This document shows positions 7,666 to 16,845 of a stretch of 26,075 nucleotides of DNA, in pieces. Below the pieces are notes generated by a model. The model was not told the origin of the DNA and ran no database searches. It worked only from the letters and a program-made list of their open reading frames with translations. Position numbers and translations under genes: made by a program. The stretch is from Candidatus Heimdallarchaeota archaeon. GTDB taxonomy: Archaea > Asgardarchaeota > Heimdallarchaeia > Hodarchaeales > Hodarchaeaceae. The stretch is from assembly GCA_048881705.1 (NCBI GenBank), contig JBHLSH010000056.1, positions 1-26,075 on the forward strand, read 5' to 3'. Within the stretch, counting starts at the first letter, position 1, and each line of letters starts with the position of its first letter.

Positions 7666-9654
7666 TTATGCTCCTAGTTTTTGGAGCATGGAAGTTATTG
7701 TTTCAATAGGATAATCAAGGAAATCCCCCGGATTTTTCCCTTTTTTTGTGGTTTGAACCGTCTGCAGTTTTATCCCCGTACGTCCTATGTAATCAACGTA
7801 GGGATCATCCAGATCAAGAATCACTTTTAGCTTTTGAATGTCGTCCAACTTGGGGAGGCTGCCACCCATATCTTTTCTTAACCAGTGACCCACAGTATGC
7901 TTGTATTTACTGGGGAAAAGGTTAGTTAGGCCAACCTTGGTTAAATTTTTCTTCTTTCTGTGAAGATTCAAATAATCACACACCAAAGGTTGATTGACAG
8001 AAAAATAGCGTTTCACCGAGAAGAATGGCTCCTCTAAGGATGAGCGTGCTCCTGGCGATTGGCCACGATTCAGCCTTTCCGTATTCTTGAACTTTCCTGA
8101 ATAGATTTTAGGAGGAGGTCTGACATTGGCCGGAGCGGTTGTATCGGGTTTAAACGAGGGTTCTTCTCTCTTCGGGAGGCTAAGAATTGGAATTCGCTCC
8201 CATGACGTCCAAAGTTGTATATTGCAGGCAGGGCAACTTAATTTTTTTGAACGGCTGTAATAGGATACCAATGAGGATGAACAAGATGGGCACTTCATTT
8301 GAATTTGTAAACTGTCGCTAGCGTCCAATACTTCTTCAATAGAGTTATTTCCTGAATCCCAATGGACAACCACCCAATGTGGCAGGCCGTCAGTAAATTT
8401 AGTTAACACTCGAACGATTTTACCTGAATACGGGTTATTAAATAGTGTCTGAGTGCGTTCAACTCTGTATCCTAAAAAATCCGTATTTTCCCAAGTTTCT
8501 TGGGGAGTCTGTAGAGAAATACGAATCCGATCCAGATTAAAGCGATACCTAACTGATTTAATATCCTTAACAAGGAAAAAAATCGGTAGCCAATGCCCAT
8601 TTTTCGGAACAACAATGATGTTTCTTATAACCCATCTATTAAGGTGTGAAAAAGCCATAATATCCTCAATAATAGGTTTAGAAAGGCCTATGAAGTAAAT
8701 TGCATCATCAGGCATCGTTGAATAAACCGATTCATCGTTTAACTCGGGATAAAAAGAATTGAATTCTTCTGACGACTGAAATATCTCCAAAAAGACCTTG
8801 TTCATCTTTGGGCGAAGGAAAGGAAATGGAACCGTAATCGTGGTTACACGCTTTGGAATTCGGTTAAGCATGGGAAGTGATTTCTCGGGGTATTTCTCGG
8901 ATGGAACCCTCGTTATAGTTGAATTTTGTAACTTACATCGTTCCTGGATTATCCTAATGAATTCGGGATTAGCCTCAATCATTACCGATGTCATTTTAAT
9001 CTTATTGAAGTACCCAGAAGAAATGTTTTGAGCAGCAACACAGGTTGTTCCAGATCCTGCGAATGGATCAAGAATTCGTGCTGTTTCAGGAAGGCCCATA
9101 GATAATAGGGTTTCCACGAGCTTCTCTGGGAATGAAGCCATATGTTTGTATGGAAGAGATTGAAGAGGGATGCTTAAAATGGCAGAAAAGGGATTTAATT
9201 TCTTATATTCCTCATAATAGTTCTTTTGGTTCCGTGTTAATACAAAAATTGGTTCATAGGTATTTGTGAATCGATTTTTCACGGAACTGGGCATATGGTT
9301 CGGTTTATACCAAATTAGAATATCCTCAAGGTGCCACCCAGATTTTTTCAGGAAATACGCTAGTTTGAACGGAATCAAAGCAAGACTCGTATTTCCATAT
9401 TTTGTAATGTATTTGTCACCCAAGTTTAGGTAGAATACACCTTTTGAAACAAGCTTAAATCTAAGAAGATCGAAAATCTGTACCAATTTTGCAAGATAAT
9501 CCTCCAAACCATCTTCGCGGCCCAATTGTCCCTGAAAACCATAATCCCGCTGCTGCCAGTATGGTGGAGATGTAACTACACAATCAATGGATGCGTCTTC
9601 CAGAGTTAAAAGACACGCCCAAACATCACCGTGCAGTATTCTGTGTGGTTTCAT
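7666..9654 (-). CDS. Beta-class N4-C/N6-A DNA methyltransferase with long C-terminal extension (degenerate second MTase-like module, Zn ribbon, HTH-like)
   Basis: VTSPPYW (motif IV) precedes ILDPFAGSGTT (motif I). Start moved to ATG 9654 (MKPHRILHGDV) because 9804 overlaps the divergent tyrS. CPSC/CPAC pair in the extension. Confidence 0.88.
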   Translation of the reverse strand: MKPHRILHGDVWACLLTLEDASIDCVVTSPPYWQQRDYGFQGQLGREDGLEDYLAKLVQIFDLLRFKLVSKGVFYLNLGDKYITKYGNTSLALIPFKLAYFLKKSGWHLEDILIWYKPNHMPSSVKNRFTNTYEPIFVLTRNQKNYYEEYKKLNPFSAILSIPLQSLPYKHMASFPEKLVETLLSMGLPETARILDPFAGSGTTCVAAQNISSGYFNKIKMTSVMIEANPEFIRIIQERCKLQNSTITRVPSEKYPEKSLPMLNRIPKRVTTITVPFPFLRPKMNKVFLEIFQSSEEFNSFYPELNDESVYSTMPDDAIYFIGLSKPIIEDIMAFSHLNRWVIRNIIVVPKNGHWLPIFFLVKDIKSVRYRFNLDRIRISLQTPQETWENTDFLGYRVERTQTLFNNPYSGKIVRVLTKFTDGLPHWVVVHWDSGNNSIEEVLDASDSLQIQMKCPSCSSSLVSYYSRSKKLSCPACNIQLWTSWERIPILSLPKREEPSFKPDTTAPANVRPPPKIYSGKFKNTERLNRGQSPGARSSLEEPFFSVKRYFSVNQPLVCDYLNLHRKKKNLTKVGLTNLFPSKYKHTVGHWLRKDMGGSLPKLDDIQKLKVILDLDDPYVDYIGRTGIKLQTVQTTKKGKNPGDFLDYPIETITSMLQKLGA

Positions 9655-9789
9655 TTTTACTCTAACCAATCTAGGTTTAAGGGCGAAATACGAACGTTCG
9701 AAGATCTTATATTCTGAATTATATCTTCTATCATGTAAGAGTTTAAAAATATCCCTCTGTAACGCCTCCCGATTATAAAGGCGATTTAT

Positions 9790-10866
9790 GTGACCATCGA
9801 ACAACGATTAAAACTTATCCGAAGTGTCGGTGAAGAAATTATTACCGAGGAGGATCTTGTCAGCCTTCTAGAGGCAAAGTCAACCTTCAAAACTTATGAT
9901 GGGTTTGAACCAAGTGGCCGTATTCACATTGCCCAAGGAATTTTACGGGCAACGAATGTGAACCGTATGATTGAAGCGGGTGCGGAATTTAATATGCTTA
10001 TCGCAGATTGGCATGCCTGGGCCAACAATAAGTTGGGAGGTGATTTGGAAAAGATCCAGACAACGGGAGATTATCTAGTTGAGGTTTGGCGATTGACAGG
10101 TATGAATCTCAGCCGGGTAAATTTCCTTTGGGTAAGTGATTTTGTTAAAGATGACGCATATTGGAAAATGGTAATGAGAATTGCCCGTAATTCTACTTTG
10201 AAGCGAATCCTGCGGACCTCACAGATCATGGGCCGTTCCGAGTCCGAAGTTCTTCAAGCTTCGCACATCCTATATCCTTGTATGCAATGTGCAGATGTCT
10301 TTTGGCAAGATCTAGATGCCACTCAGCTGGGCATGGATCAACGAAAGGTGAATATGCTTGCTCGCGAGGTGGGTCCTAAACTCTTCGGTAAAAAACCCGT
10401 AGTAATCAGCCATCATATGTTGTTAGGGCTTGTACCGCCTAAGAATCATTATGACAACCTTGAAAAGAAAATCATGGATCTAAAGATGTCGAAATCCAAT
10501 CCTGATTCGGCCATATTCATGACCGATACTGAATCAGAGATTTCAAGGAAGATAGTGAAAGCATATTGTCCAGAAGGATTAGTTGACGGGAATCCCATCC
10601 TTGAGTACGCGAAATACCTCGTTTTTGAGGTCGGAAAGAAGTTCGTTGTTGAACGCTCATCTAAATTTGGTGGAGACATTGTATTTTCCACGTTCACAGA
10701 ACTTTCCAAGGTTTTTAGGGATAAGGAACTTCATCCCTTGGATCTCAAGAAAGCAATTGTACGAGAATTAAATAATCTCGTGGAGCCCGTCAGAAAGGCA
10801 TTTGATACCAACAACCGACTTCGAGATTTGAAAGATCTGGTAGAAAGTTTCGAAGTAACCAGATAG
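9790..10866 (+). CDS. tyrS: Tyrosine--tRNA ligase, archaeal/eukaryotic type
   Basis: YDGFEPSGRIHIAQG (HIGH-like), ADWHA, YPCMQCAD, GMDQRKV, KMSKS; GTG start. Confidence 0.96.
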   Translation: MTIEQRLKLIRSVGEEIITEEDLVSLLEAKSTFKTYDGFEPSGRIHIAQGILRATNVNRMIEAGAEFNMLIADWHAWANNKLGGDLEKIQTTGDYLVEVWRLTGMNLSRVNFLWVSDFVKDDAYWKMVMRIARNSTLKRILRTSQIMGRSESEVLQASHILYPCMQCADVFWQDLDATQLGMDQRKVNMLAREVGPKLFGKKPVVISHHMLLGLVPPKNHYDNLEKKIMDLKMSKSNPDSAIFMTDTESEISRKIVKAYCPEGLVDGNPILEYAKYLVFEVGKKFVVERSSKFGGDIVFSTFTELSKVFRDKELHPLDLKKAIVRELNNLVEPVRKAFDTNNRLRDLKDLVESFEVTR

Positions 10867-10879
10867 GATGAGTTCAACT

Positions 10880-12316
10880 TTATTTGTTCAGTTTTGCTGT
10901 TATTTGTTGGACCGTATATTGATCCAACTCCTTCACAGATTCAAGTTTCTGAACGACAATATCCTTAAATACGCTATTTCTTATCAATTCGATCTTTTTG
11001 TCTTCTTTTAAATCAGGTTTTCCATTGATGAACTCCCTCATGAACGTAGAACGACTGGCAAGTAAATCAAAAGCTATTATTCCACTGTACCATCGGTTGA
11101 CGGCCAAAAGAGGATCCAATGTTCGTTCATAGCCTATCGGAGCCTCTTGTTGATTAACAAATTGATCAAGTACCTTAATTCTCATTTCCAGCTCATCATC
11201 GTCAAGTGAACATCGCCAACGTCCCGTTTTTTTGTCCATATAGGTTGAGCCTAGCAGCGTTAATCCTTTCATTGCGAACTGAAAAATTGGATACCTATGA
11301 TTTGATATCCCCATTGGGTTTATCATTAATAAGTGATAGACGTCCATAAAAAGCGAGGTAAAGCCATCTGTTACCATCGATCCGATTTTCCACTCTGGTG
11401 AAAATTCTGGAAGTCCATCGAACTTGATAGAGCTTAAATCTGGTATTTTTGCTCCGAACATTTCCCAGGTCGAACTGAAGAATTCAGGTTCAGACTTAGT
11501 ATTCACCCAGAATATCTCAAGGTCCATAGCTTCTGGAATTTCATTTAAATCATATGCTTCTCGGACATGCGCATATTGTGGGTAGTTGTGATGCCAAATT
11601 AGCCACTCGTTAAGAGTTGAAAAGGGGAATGGTTCATTATCATCGAGAAATTGAATATCGCTCAAGTAATGAAAATCAACCTTTCTATGAACTGACGGTT
11701 TCTTATCTTGATTTAGTGATCGGAGATTTCTTTTTTGGTTTTCTAGAGATAAAGCATCTCTAGAAGGGATGATTCTCTTATCGAAGAATCCTCCCAAAGG
11801 TCGAATATGCTTACGAACCACAGTAGATGACTTTTTTGTGCCTCTTCTCCTCAGACTGTTGTTTTTTGCTCTTTTCCCTTTGGATGAGGAGGATTTCTCT
11901 TTATTTAGCTTGCTCTTTGTTTCCCTTAAGGCCAACTTCAATTTTGCTCGTGTGGGAGATTTAGTATGTGGGATTGCCCTTCTTGATGTTGGGAGTTCAT
12001 CTACATCCGTTTCTGCTACGTTAAATCCATTTATCGATGATAAAGGAATCGGCCTAAAGGTTAGATGCTTTGTTTTTTCAAGATCTTTCTGATATTTGTT
12101 GGATTTGGCTGAAATTCCTTGGATCCCATTTTTTATGTCCGGAGGCGCAGGATCATCCATGGAAGCGCCTTGGTTATCTCCCTTTGTTAGAAGAGTATCA
12201 GAATTCTTTTTTGTAGTCAATCGTAATAGAATTTCTTGTCTTGAATCACTTAGTTTTCTACAATAAAATAGAGAAGATACACCCGTTGAAACAGGTTCTT
12301 GCAGGTCATCACTCAT
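10880..12316 (-). CDS. Hypothetical protein with long Lys/Arg/Ser-rich, probably disordered N-terminal half
   Basis: 478 aa ORF starting 5 bp after the CDF stop; no recognised motif; globular-looking C-terminal about 250 aa. Confidence 0.7.
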   Translation of the reverse strand: MSDDLQEPVSTGVSSLFYCRKLSDSRQEILLRLTTKKNSDTLLTKGDNQGASMDDPAPPDIKNGIQGISAKSNKYQKDLEKTKHLTFRPIPLSSINGFNVAETDVDELPTSRRAIPHTKSPTRAKLKLALRETKSKLNKEKSSSSKGKRAKNNSLRRRGTKKSSTVVRKHIRPLGGFFDKRIIPSRDALSLENQKRNLRSLNQDKKPSVHRKVDFHYLSDIQFLDDNEPFPFSTLNEWLIWHHNYPQYAHVREAYDLNEIPEAMDLEIFWVNTKSEPEFFSSTWEMFGAKIPDLSSIKFDGLPEFSPEWKIGSMVTDGFTSLFMDVYHLLMINPMGISNHRYPIFQFAMKGLTLLGSTYMDKKTGRWRCSLDDDELEMRIKVLDQFVNQQEAPIGYERTLDPLLAVNRWYSGIIAFDLLASRSTFMREFINGKPDLKEDKKIELIRNSVFKDIVVQKLESVKELDQYTVQQITAKLNK

Positions 12317-12321
12317 TAATC

Positions 12322-13206
12322 CTAATCCTCGCCATATGGTTCCAAATGAACAACAATTCTTGCACCTAATTTTTCGTGAAGGATGTCATAGACTGCCTCA
12401 CTTATGGTATGACCTTTCCGTACAGATATTTCAGGATCAACTAAGACATGGACATCCCCCACAACAATTTTCCCGTTATAACGGGCACGAAGGCTGTGGA
12501 CCTCACGAACTCCTTTGATCGAGCCTGCGAGGCTTAATATTTCGGCAATATCCTGTTTGTTCGGAGCTCTGTCTTGAAGGATATCCAACGCGTTTCTGAA
12601 TAGAATTCCGGCCCCGTAAAAGATCACAAAACAGATCAAAATCGCAGCAATAGGATCCACAAAACCCAGGGCCGGATGAATTGCGGTTGAAGTGAAGGCA
12701 ATTACAACGAAACTTGAAGATAGCACATCTGTAGAGTAATTGAGGGCAGTTGCTTTTAAACTAGTGGAGTCGAGTTCAGAGGAGGTCCGATACATTATGA
12801 ACACGATCACTAGTTTTCCGATAATTCCTAGAAGACCCGTAAAAAATCCTACGGGCGAGAATGTTAGTAAAGTTCCTTGTACAAGTTTATCTACGGCAGT
12901 TAATGCCAAATTTAGCCCACTATATCCGATGATAAAAGTTAACGCCAGGACAAGTATCATTTCCACTTTTTCATGCCCATACTGGTGGTTTTCATCCGCA
13001 GGCTTTTGAGCGTAAATCGTTCCAACATAAGCGACGATACCCATAAACAAATCAAGAATCGAATCTACTCCATCCGCTACTAGCGATATACTGGATGTAA
13101 ATAATCCAACGCTAATCTTTAATGCTCCCAGCGCAGCATTTCCTCCTATTGCTATTAAGGTAGCTTTCAGGGCTTTGTTCCGAAATGACTCTCTATGAAT
13201 GCCCGT
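12322..13206 (-). CDS. Cation diffusion facilitator (FieF/CzcD-like) metal exporter; start codon uncertain (non-canonical or disrupted)
   Basis: Frame stays open upstream of the tracked TTG 13050 and encodes TM1-TM2 (GGNAALGALKISVGLFTSSISLVADGVDSILD); also HQYGHEKVE, ALNYSTD, VDPIAA, DVHVLVD, VHLEP. Candidate start ACG 13206 lies behind GAGGTGA. Confidence 0.85.
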   Translation of the reverse strand, partial: TGIHRESFRNKALKATLIAIGGNAALGALKISVGLFTSSISLVADGVDSILDLFMGIVAYVGTIYAQKPADENHQYGHEKVEMILVLALTFIIGYSGLNLALTAVDKLVQGTLLTFSPVGFFTGLLGIIGKLVIVFIMYRTSSELDSTSLKATALNYSTDVLSSSFVVIAFTSTAIHPALGFVDPIAAILICFVIFYGAGILFRNALDILQDRAPNKQDIAEILSLAGSIKGVREVHSLRARYNGKIVVGDVHVLVDPEISVRKGHTISEAVYDILHEKLGARIVVHLEPYGED

Positions 13207-13485
13207 AATTCGTCACCTCGACTTTGATTCGTTCATAGCTCCTAGTGCGTTTAATCAACTGATTTACGGTTGTAGGCCACGTCACTTGTACATTTTTAAT
13301 GGTATTGATTTTTATCTACTCTCTCTGTTCACCTATGAAAACATTCAAGGATATAAGGTCTAATGAACCTTAAATCCCTAAGGATTAGGGGGAGATAGCG
13401 TGATTCGGAATGATTCTTTGTCAACGGAGCAAACCTTTCAATAAGCTGTTAAATCCCGCTTAAACTCGCGTCAACGGTGTAAATT

Positions 13486-14799
13486 ATGTCACAGGAAGAG
13501 GAAAAAGTCGAGTGGTATCACGATTTCAATGATCCAAACTATTCTCCCTCAGAAACCGATCTTGTTGCTCTCTATTATTTTGAACCTGCTCCTGAGATCA
13601 GTATTGATGATCTCACGGGTAGACTGGCTTCCGAATCCAGTATCGGAACTTGGACGACTCTTGAAACATTAGATGAAAGAATCTATGGTATGCGTGGGAG
13701 GGCGTTTTGGACGAATTCAGACATAAGAGTAGTGAAAATCGCTTATCCTGGGATATTATGGGAACACGGAAACATACCCCAACTTCTCTCAGGTGTTGCA
13801 GGGAATATTTTCGGAATGAAAGCTGTTCGCAATCTAAGATTATTAGATGTTTCTTTACCCGAAGAATATTTAAAGGGTTTTTCGGGGCCACACATAGGTA
13901 CCAAGGCGTTAAAGTCAATTTTTAAGAAGGAGGGGCCCCTTCTTTCCTGTGTTCCAAAACCAAAGATTGGAATGACGGTGGATCAATACCTTCAAGTCGC
14001 GATGGATGCCTACTTGGGAGGAATCGATTGTATTAAAGATGATGAAAATCTTACCTCCCAGGAGTTTAATAAATTTGAAAAACGAGTGGAAGGAATGGCT
14101 AAAACTCGAGATAAGGCAGAAAGCGAGACCGGAGCTGTAAAAGATGCATTTATAAACATAACAGCAGAAACGCATGAGATGGAACGTCGTTTACGCCTTT
14201 TAAACGATCATGGCTTCCGATACTGTATGATCGATGTCGTAACAACTGGATTCGCTTCTGTCCAATCATTAAGGGCGCTGACTCAGGACCTGGGGATGGC
14301 AATTCATGCACATCGAGCAATGCATGCGACTTTTACAAAACACGCGACTCATGGAATATCTATGTTCTTTTTGGCGAAACTTCTCAGACTAATTGGAGTG
14401 GATAATCTTCATATAGGAACCGTTGTCGGAAAACTGGATTCACCGAAACAAGATGTCTTGAACATGCGAGACCTTCTTCTCTTATCCCAAATCGATGAAT
14501 CAACGGGGAAGCATCTAGCACAAGATTGGAAACACATTCCTTCGGTAGTTCCCGTGGCCTCAGGGGGACTTCATCCTGGTGTTCTTCCTGAGGTTCTCTC
14601 CATATATAATACACAGGACTTAGCCCTTCAAGTTGGGGGGGGTATTCATGGACATCCAGGAGGAACTAAGGCTGGTGCAATTGCCACCGTTGATGCAATC
14701 GATGCTTGGAAGAGAGGAATAACCCTGGAGGAGAAGTCGGAGGAATCTCCAGAGCTGGAGCAGGCCCTAAAAAAGTGGGGCCATTTAAAACCGGTGTGA
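13486..14799 (+). CDS. rbcL: Ribulose-1,5-bisphosphate carboxylase/oxygenase, archaeal form III
   Basis: SESSIGTWT, VPKPKIG, DCIKDDENLTSQ, HAHRAMHA, LHIGTVVGKL, ASGGLHPG, QVGGGIHGHP; catalytic Lys, KDDE and His residues present. Confidence 0.96.
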   Translation: MSQEEEKVEWYHDFNDPNYSPSETDLVALYYFEPAPEISIDDLTGRLASESSIGTWTTLETLDERIYGMRGRAFWTNSDIRVVKIAYPGILWEHGNIPQLLSGVAGNIFGMKAVRNLRLLDVSLPEEYLKGFSGPHIGTKALKSIFKKEGPLLSCVPKPKIGMTVDQYLQVAMDAYLGGIDCIKDDENLTSQEFNKFEKRVEGMAKTRDKAESETGAVKDAFINITAETHEMERRLRLLNDHGFRYCMIDVVTTGFASVQSLRALTQDLGMAIHAHRAMHATFTKHATHGISMFFLAKLLRLIGVDNLHIGTVVGKLDSPKQDVLNMRDLLLLSQIDESTGKHLAQDWKHIPSVVPVASGGLHPGVLPEVLSIYNTQDLALQVGGGIHGHPGGTKAGAIATVDAIDAWKRGITLEEKSEESPELEQALKKWGHLKPV

Positions 14800-14829
14800 T
14801 CATGATATGGTCGGCTTAACCGCCAAAAA

Positions 14830-16359
14830 ATGGCAGGTGGACTTTCTATAAAGCGAAGTGAGATTATGGAGTTTGGCATTAGAACTTTCGATGATTTTAC
14901 TGGTGAAACGATCATAATTGCAGTGACACGGGTAGATAACAAGCCTCAGATTCCCCAGGACCTACCAGGCCCGTTGGAGGCTCATACACGTCTTATAATT
15001 GAAAAATCAGATTTTATTGCTAAATTAGGGGAAATAAACAATACTTTTCCCTCCAATCTTACCTTTGGGCAATTAGTCCTCGTTGGTTTGGGAGATAAAA
15101 CTGATATTTCCCCTGAAAGCGTACGTCGGGCTTTTGGATCACTGGGAAGTTACCTTCGTTCGCATAGTATTACCGAAGTCGGCATCTATCTTACCAAACC
15201 AGTGATAAATCACACAGAAAGTCTTTTTGAAGGAATCAGATTGGGAAATTACAGATTCACCCATTACTTAACCTCAAAAGAGAAAAAGGAAGAGCCGCTA
15301 ACGAAACTTACGGTTCTAGGGTCAGGTTTTCCAAGTGGCCAAATTCAACAGGATTTTAATCGAACAGATGCTATTGTCCAAGGAACGCTTTTGGCGCGAG
15401 ATCTTGGCAACCTCCGAAGTAACCATGCAACGCCCCGCCGCCTTGCAAGCGAAGCAACCAAACTCAAAGAATTAAACTTGGGGGTTACAGTTTTGAATGC
15501 TGCCGCCATCCAAAACGAACAGATGCGATTATTCTTAGCGGTTGCCCAGGGTTCACTTGAAACAGATCCGCCCAAGTTCATTATAATGGAGTATAATCCT
15601 GAAACCTATACAAAGACGATATGTCTTGTAGGTAAGGGAATAACTTTTGATACTGGAGGAATGAACCTCAAATCTGGTGACGGGATGCTTCCGATGTTTT
15701 ATGATATGTCAGGAGGCGGAACAGTCATCGGAGTAATGAAATCAATCGCTCTCCTGAAGCCAAATGTTCGTGTTGTCGGGCTGGTGCCGGCCACACCAAA
15801 TGTACCAGACGCACAAGCCTACCGTCCAGGAGATATTATAGAGTCGCGAGCCGGGAAACAGGTGGAAATTATTAGCACGGACGCGGAAGGACGAAATTTA
15901 CTTGCAGATGCGCTAGATTATGCGAAAAAATACGATCCAGACCTGGTAATAGACATTGCAACACTAACTGGAGGGATTATGGTGGCCCTTGGACATGTCA
16001 ACGCTGGGCTTTATGTCAATGAGGCGGCAGCAGAGTTGGCTGAAGTTCTTTTCAAAGCTGGACGTAAGAGTGGGGACTATTTGTGGCAGATGCCTTTAGA
16101 TTCGGATTATTTCGAGTATCTCAAAAGCCCGCATGCTGATTTTAAGCATTCTGGCGGGCATTACGGAAGTTCCGTTACCGCTGCAATGTTTTTGAAACAA
16201 TTCACTGCTTATCCGTGGGCCCACATTGATATTGCTGGGGTCGCTTTTAAGGGTTTTAACTATGGAGGAAAGCCTCAATATTATAATCCCAAAAAAGGTG
16301 CGACAGGATTTGGGGTTCGTTTAATTATGGAATTCATCAGATTATGGGAAAATGAATAA
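14830..16359 (+). CDS. pepA: Leucyl aminopeptidase, peptidase family M17
   Basis: LVGKGITFDTGG, DMSGG, STDAEGR, DIATLTG, WAHIDIAG; alternative start ATG 14866. Confidence 0.95.
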   Translation: MAGGLSIKRSEIMEFGIRTFDDFTGETIIIAVTRVDNKPQIPQDLPGPLEAHTRLIIEKSDFIAKLGEINNTFPSNLTFGQLVLVGLGDKTDISPESVRRAFGSLGSYLRSHSITEVGIYLTKPVINHTESLFEGIRLGNYRFTHYLTSKEKKEEPLTKLTVLGSGFPSGQIQQDFNRTDAIVQGTLLARDLGNLRSNHATPRRLASEATKLKELNLGVTVLNAAAIQNEQMRLFLAVAQGSLETDPPKFIIMEYNPETYTKTICLVGKGITFDTGGMNLKSGDGMLPMFYDMSGGGTVIGVMKSIALLKPNVRVVGLVPATPNVPDAQAYRPGDIIESRAGKQVEIISTDAEGRNLLADALDYAKKYDPDLVIDIATLTGGIMVALGHVNAGLYVNEAAAELAEVLFKAGRKSGDYLWQMPLDSDYFEYLKSPHADFKHSGGHYGSSVTAAMFLKQFTAYPWAHIDIAGVAFKGFNYGGKPQYYNPKKGATGFGVRLIMEFIRLWENE

Positions 16360-16374
16360 AGAAACTTCTCTTGC

Positions 16375-16381
16375 TTTTTTT
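16375..16381 (+). terminator. Oligo-T archaeal-type terminator candidate after pepA
   Basis: T7 tract 15 bp after the stop, between convergent genes. Confidence 0.45.
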
Positions 16382-16412
16382 ATGGGAACTGCTTTAACAT
16401 TGTCTTATTTAA

Positions 16413-16655
16413 TTAGGAAATTGGCATAGCTGAGTATCCAAGTCTTTGTATGCTGTTAACAATGTCAGATTGACTTGTTAGATAGGTATTATACACGACT
16501 ACAGCTTCATCTGCTATAATGCTTACAGACACAGCCTCTATCCCTGCCAAGTTACCTACTGCTTGTTCCACTCGGGATACACATCTACTACAGTTCATTC
16601 CCCCAATCTTGAGCTTCAAAACCGACGTTTCTTGTATGGATTTGTCATATTTCAT
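16413..16655 (-). CDS. copZ: Stand-alone heavy-metal-associated (HMA) domain protein, CopZ/Atx1-like chaperone
   Basis: LKIGGMNCSRC (GMxCxxC) and GY at the end of the domain; GAGGT SD 7 nt before ATG. Confidence 0.88.
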   Translation of the reverse strand: MKYDKSIQETSVLKLKIGGMNCSRCVSRVEQAVGNLAGIEAVSVSIIADEAVVVYNTYLTSQSDIVNSIQRLGYSAMPIS

Positions 16656-16845
16656 GTTGGTTACCTCAATGTATTGTGGGCAAGAAATGCCCTCGATTTC
16701 TTATTGAAATTTGGATTCAAAAATTAAACCACTGTTGTACCGGGTTATTGAACAAAAGGAACAGACGAATTACAGTTAAAACTTCGAGGCCAAGCTTTTG
16801 TTATATTGTAAAAGATTCATTGAATGTAGGAGCTAGGAATATTAC

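Noticed and set aside
9655-9804. ORF-track N-terminal extension of the beta-class MTase
   Set aside because: It overlaps the divergent tyrS start and precedes the usual first strand (ILHGD); probably intergenic.
13213-13215. Selenocysteine recoding of the in-frame TGA before the CDF gene
   Set aside because: The position is in a non-conserved N-terminal leader, not a catalytic Cys site, and I could not identify a SECIS-like hairpin.
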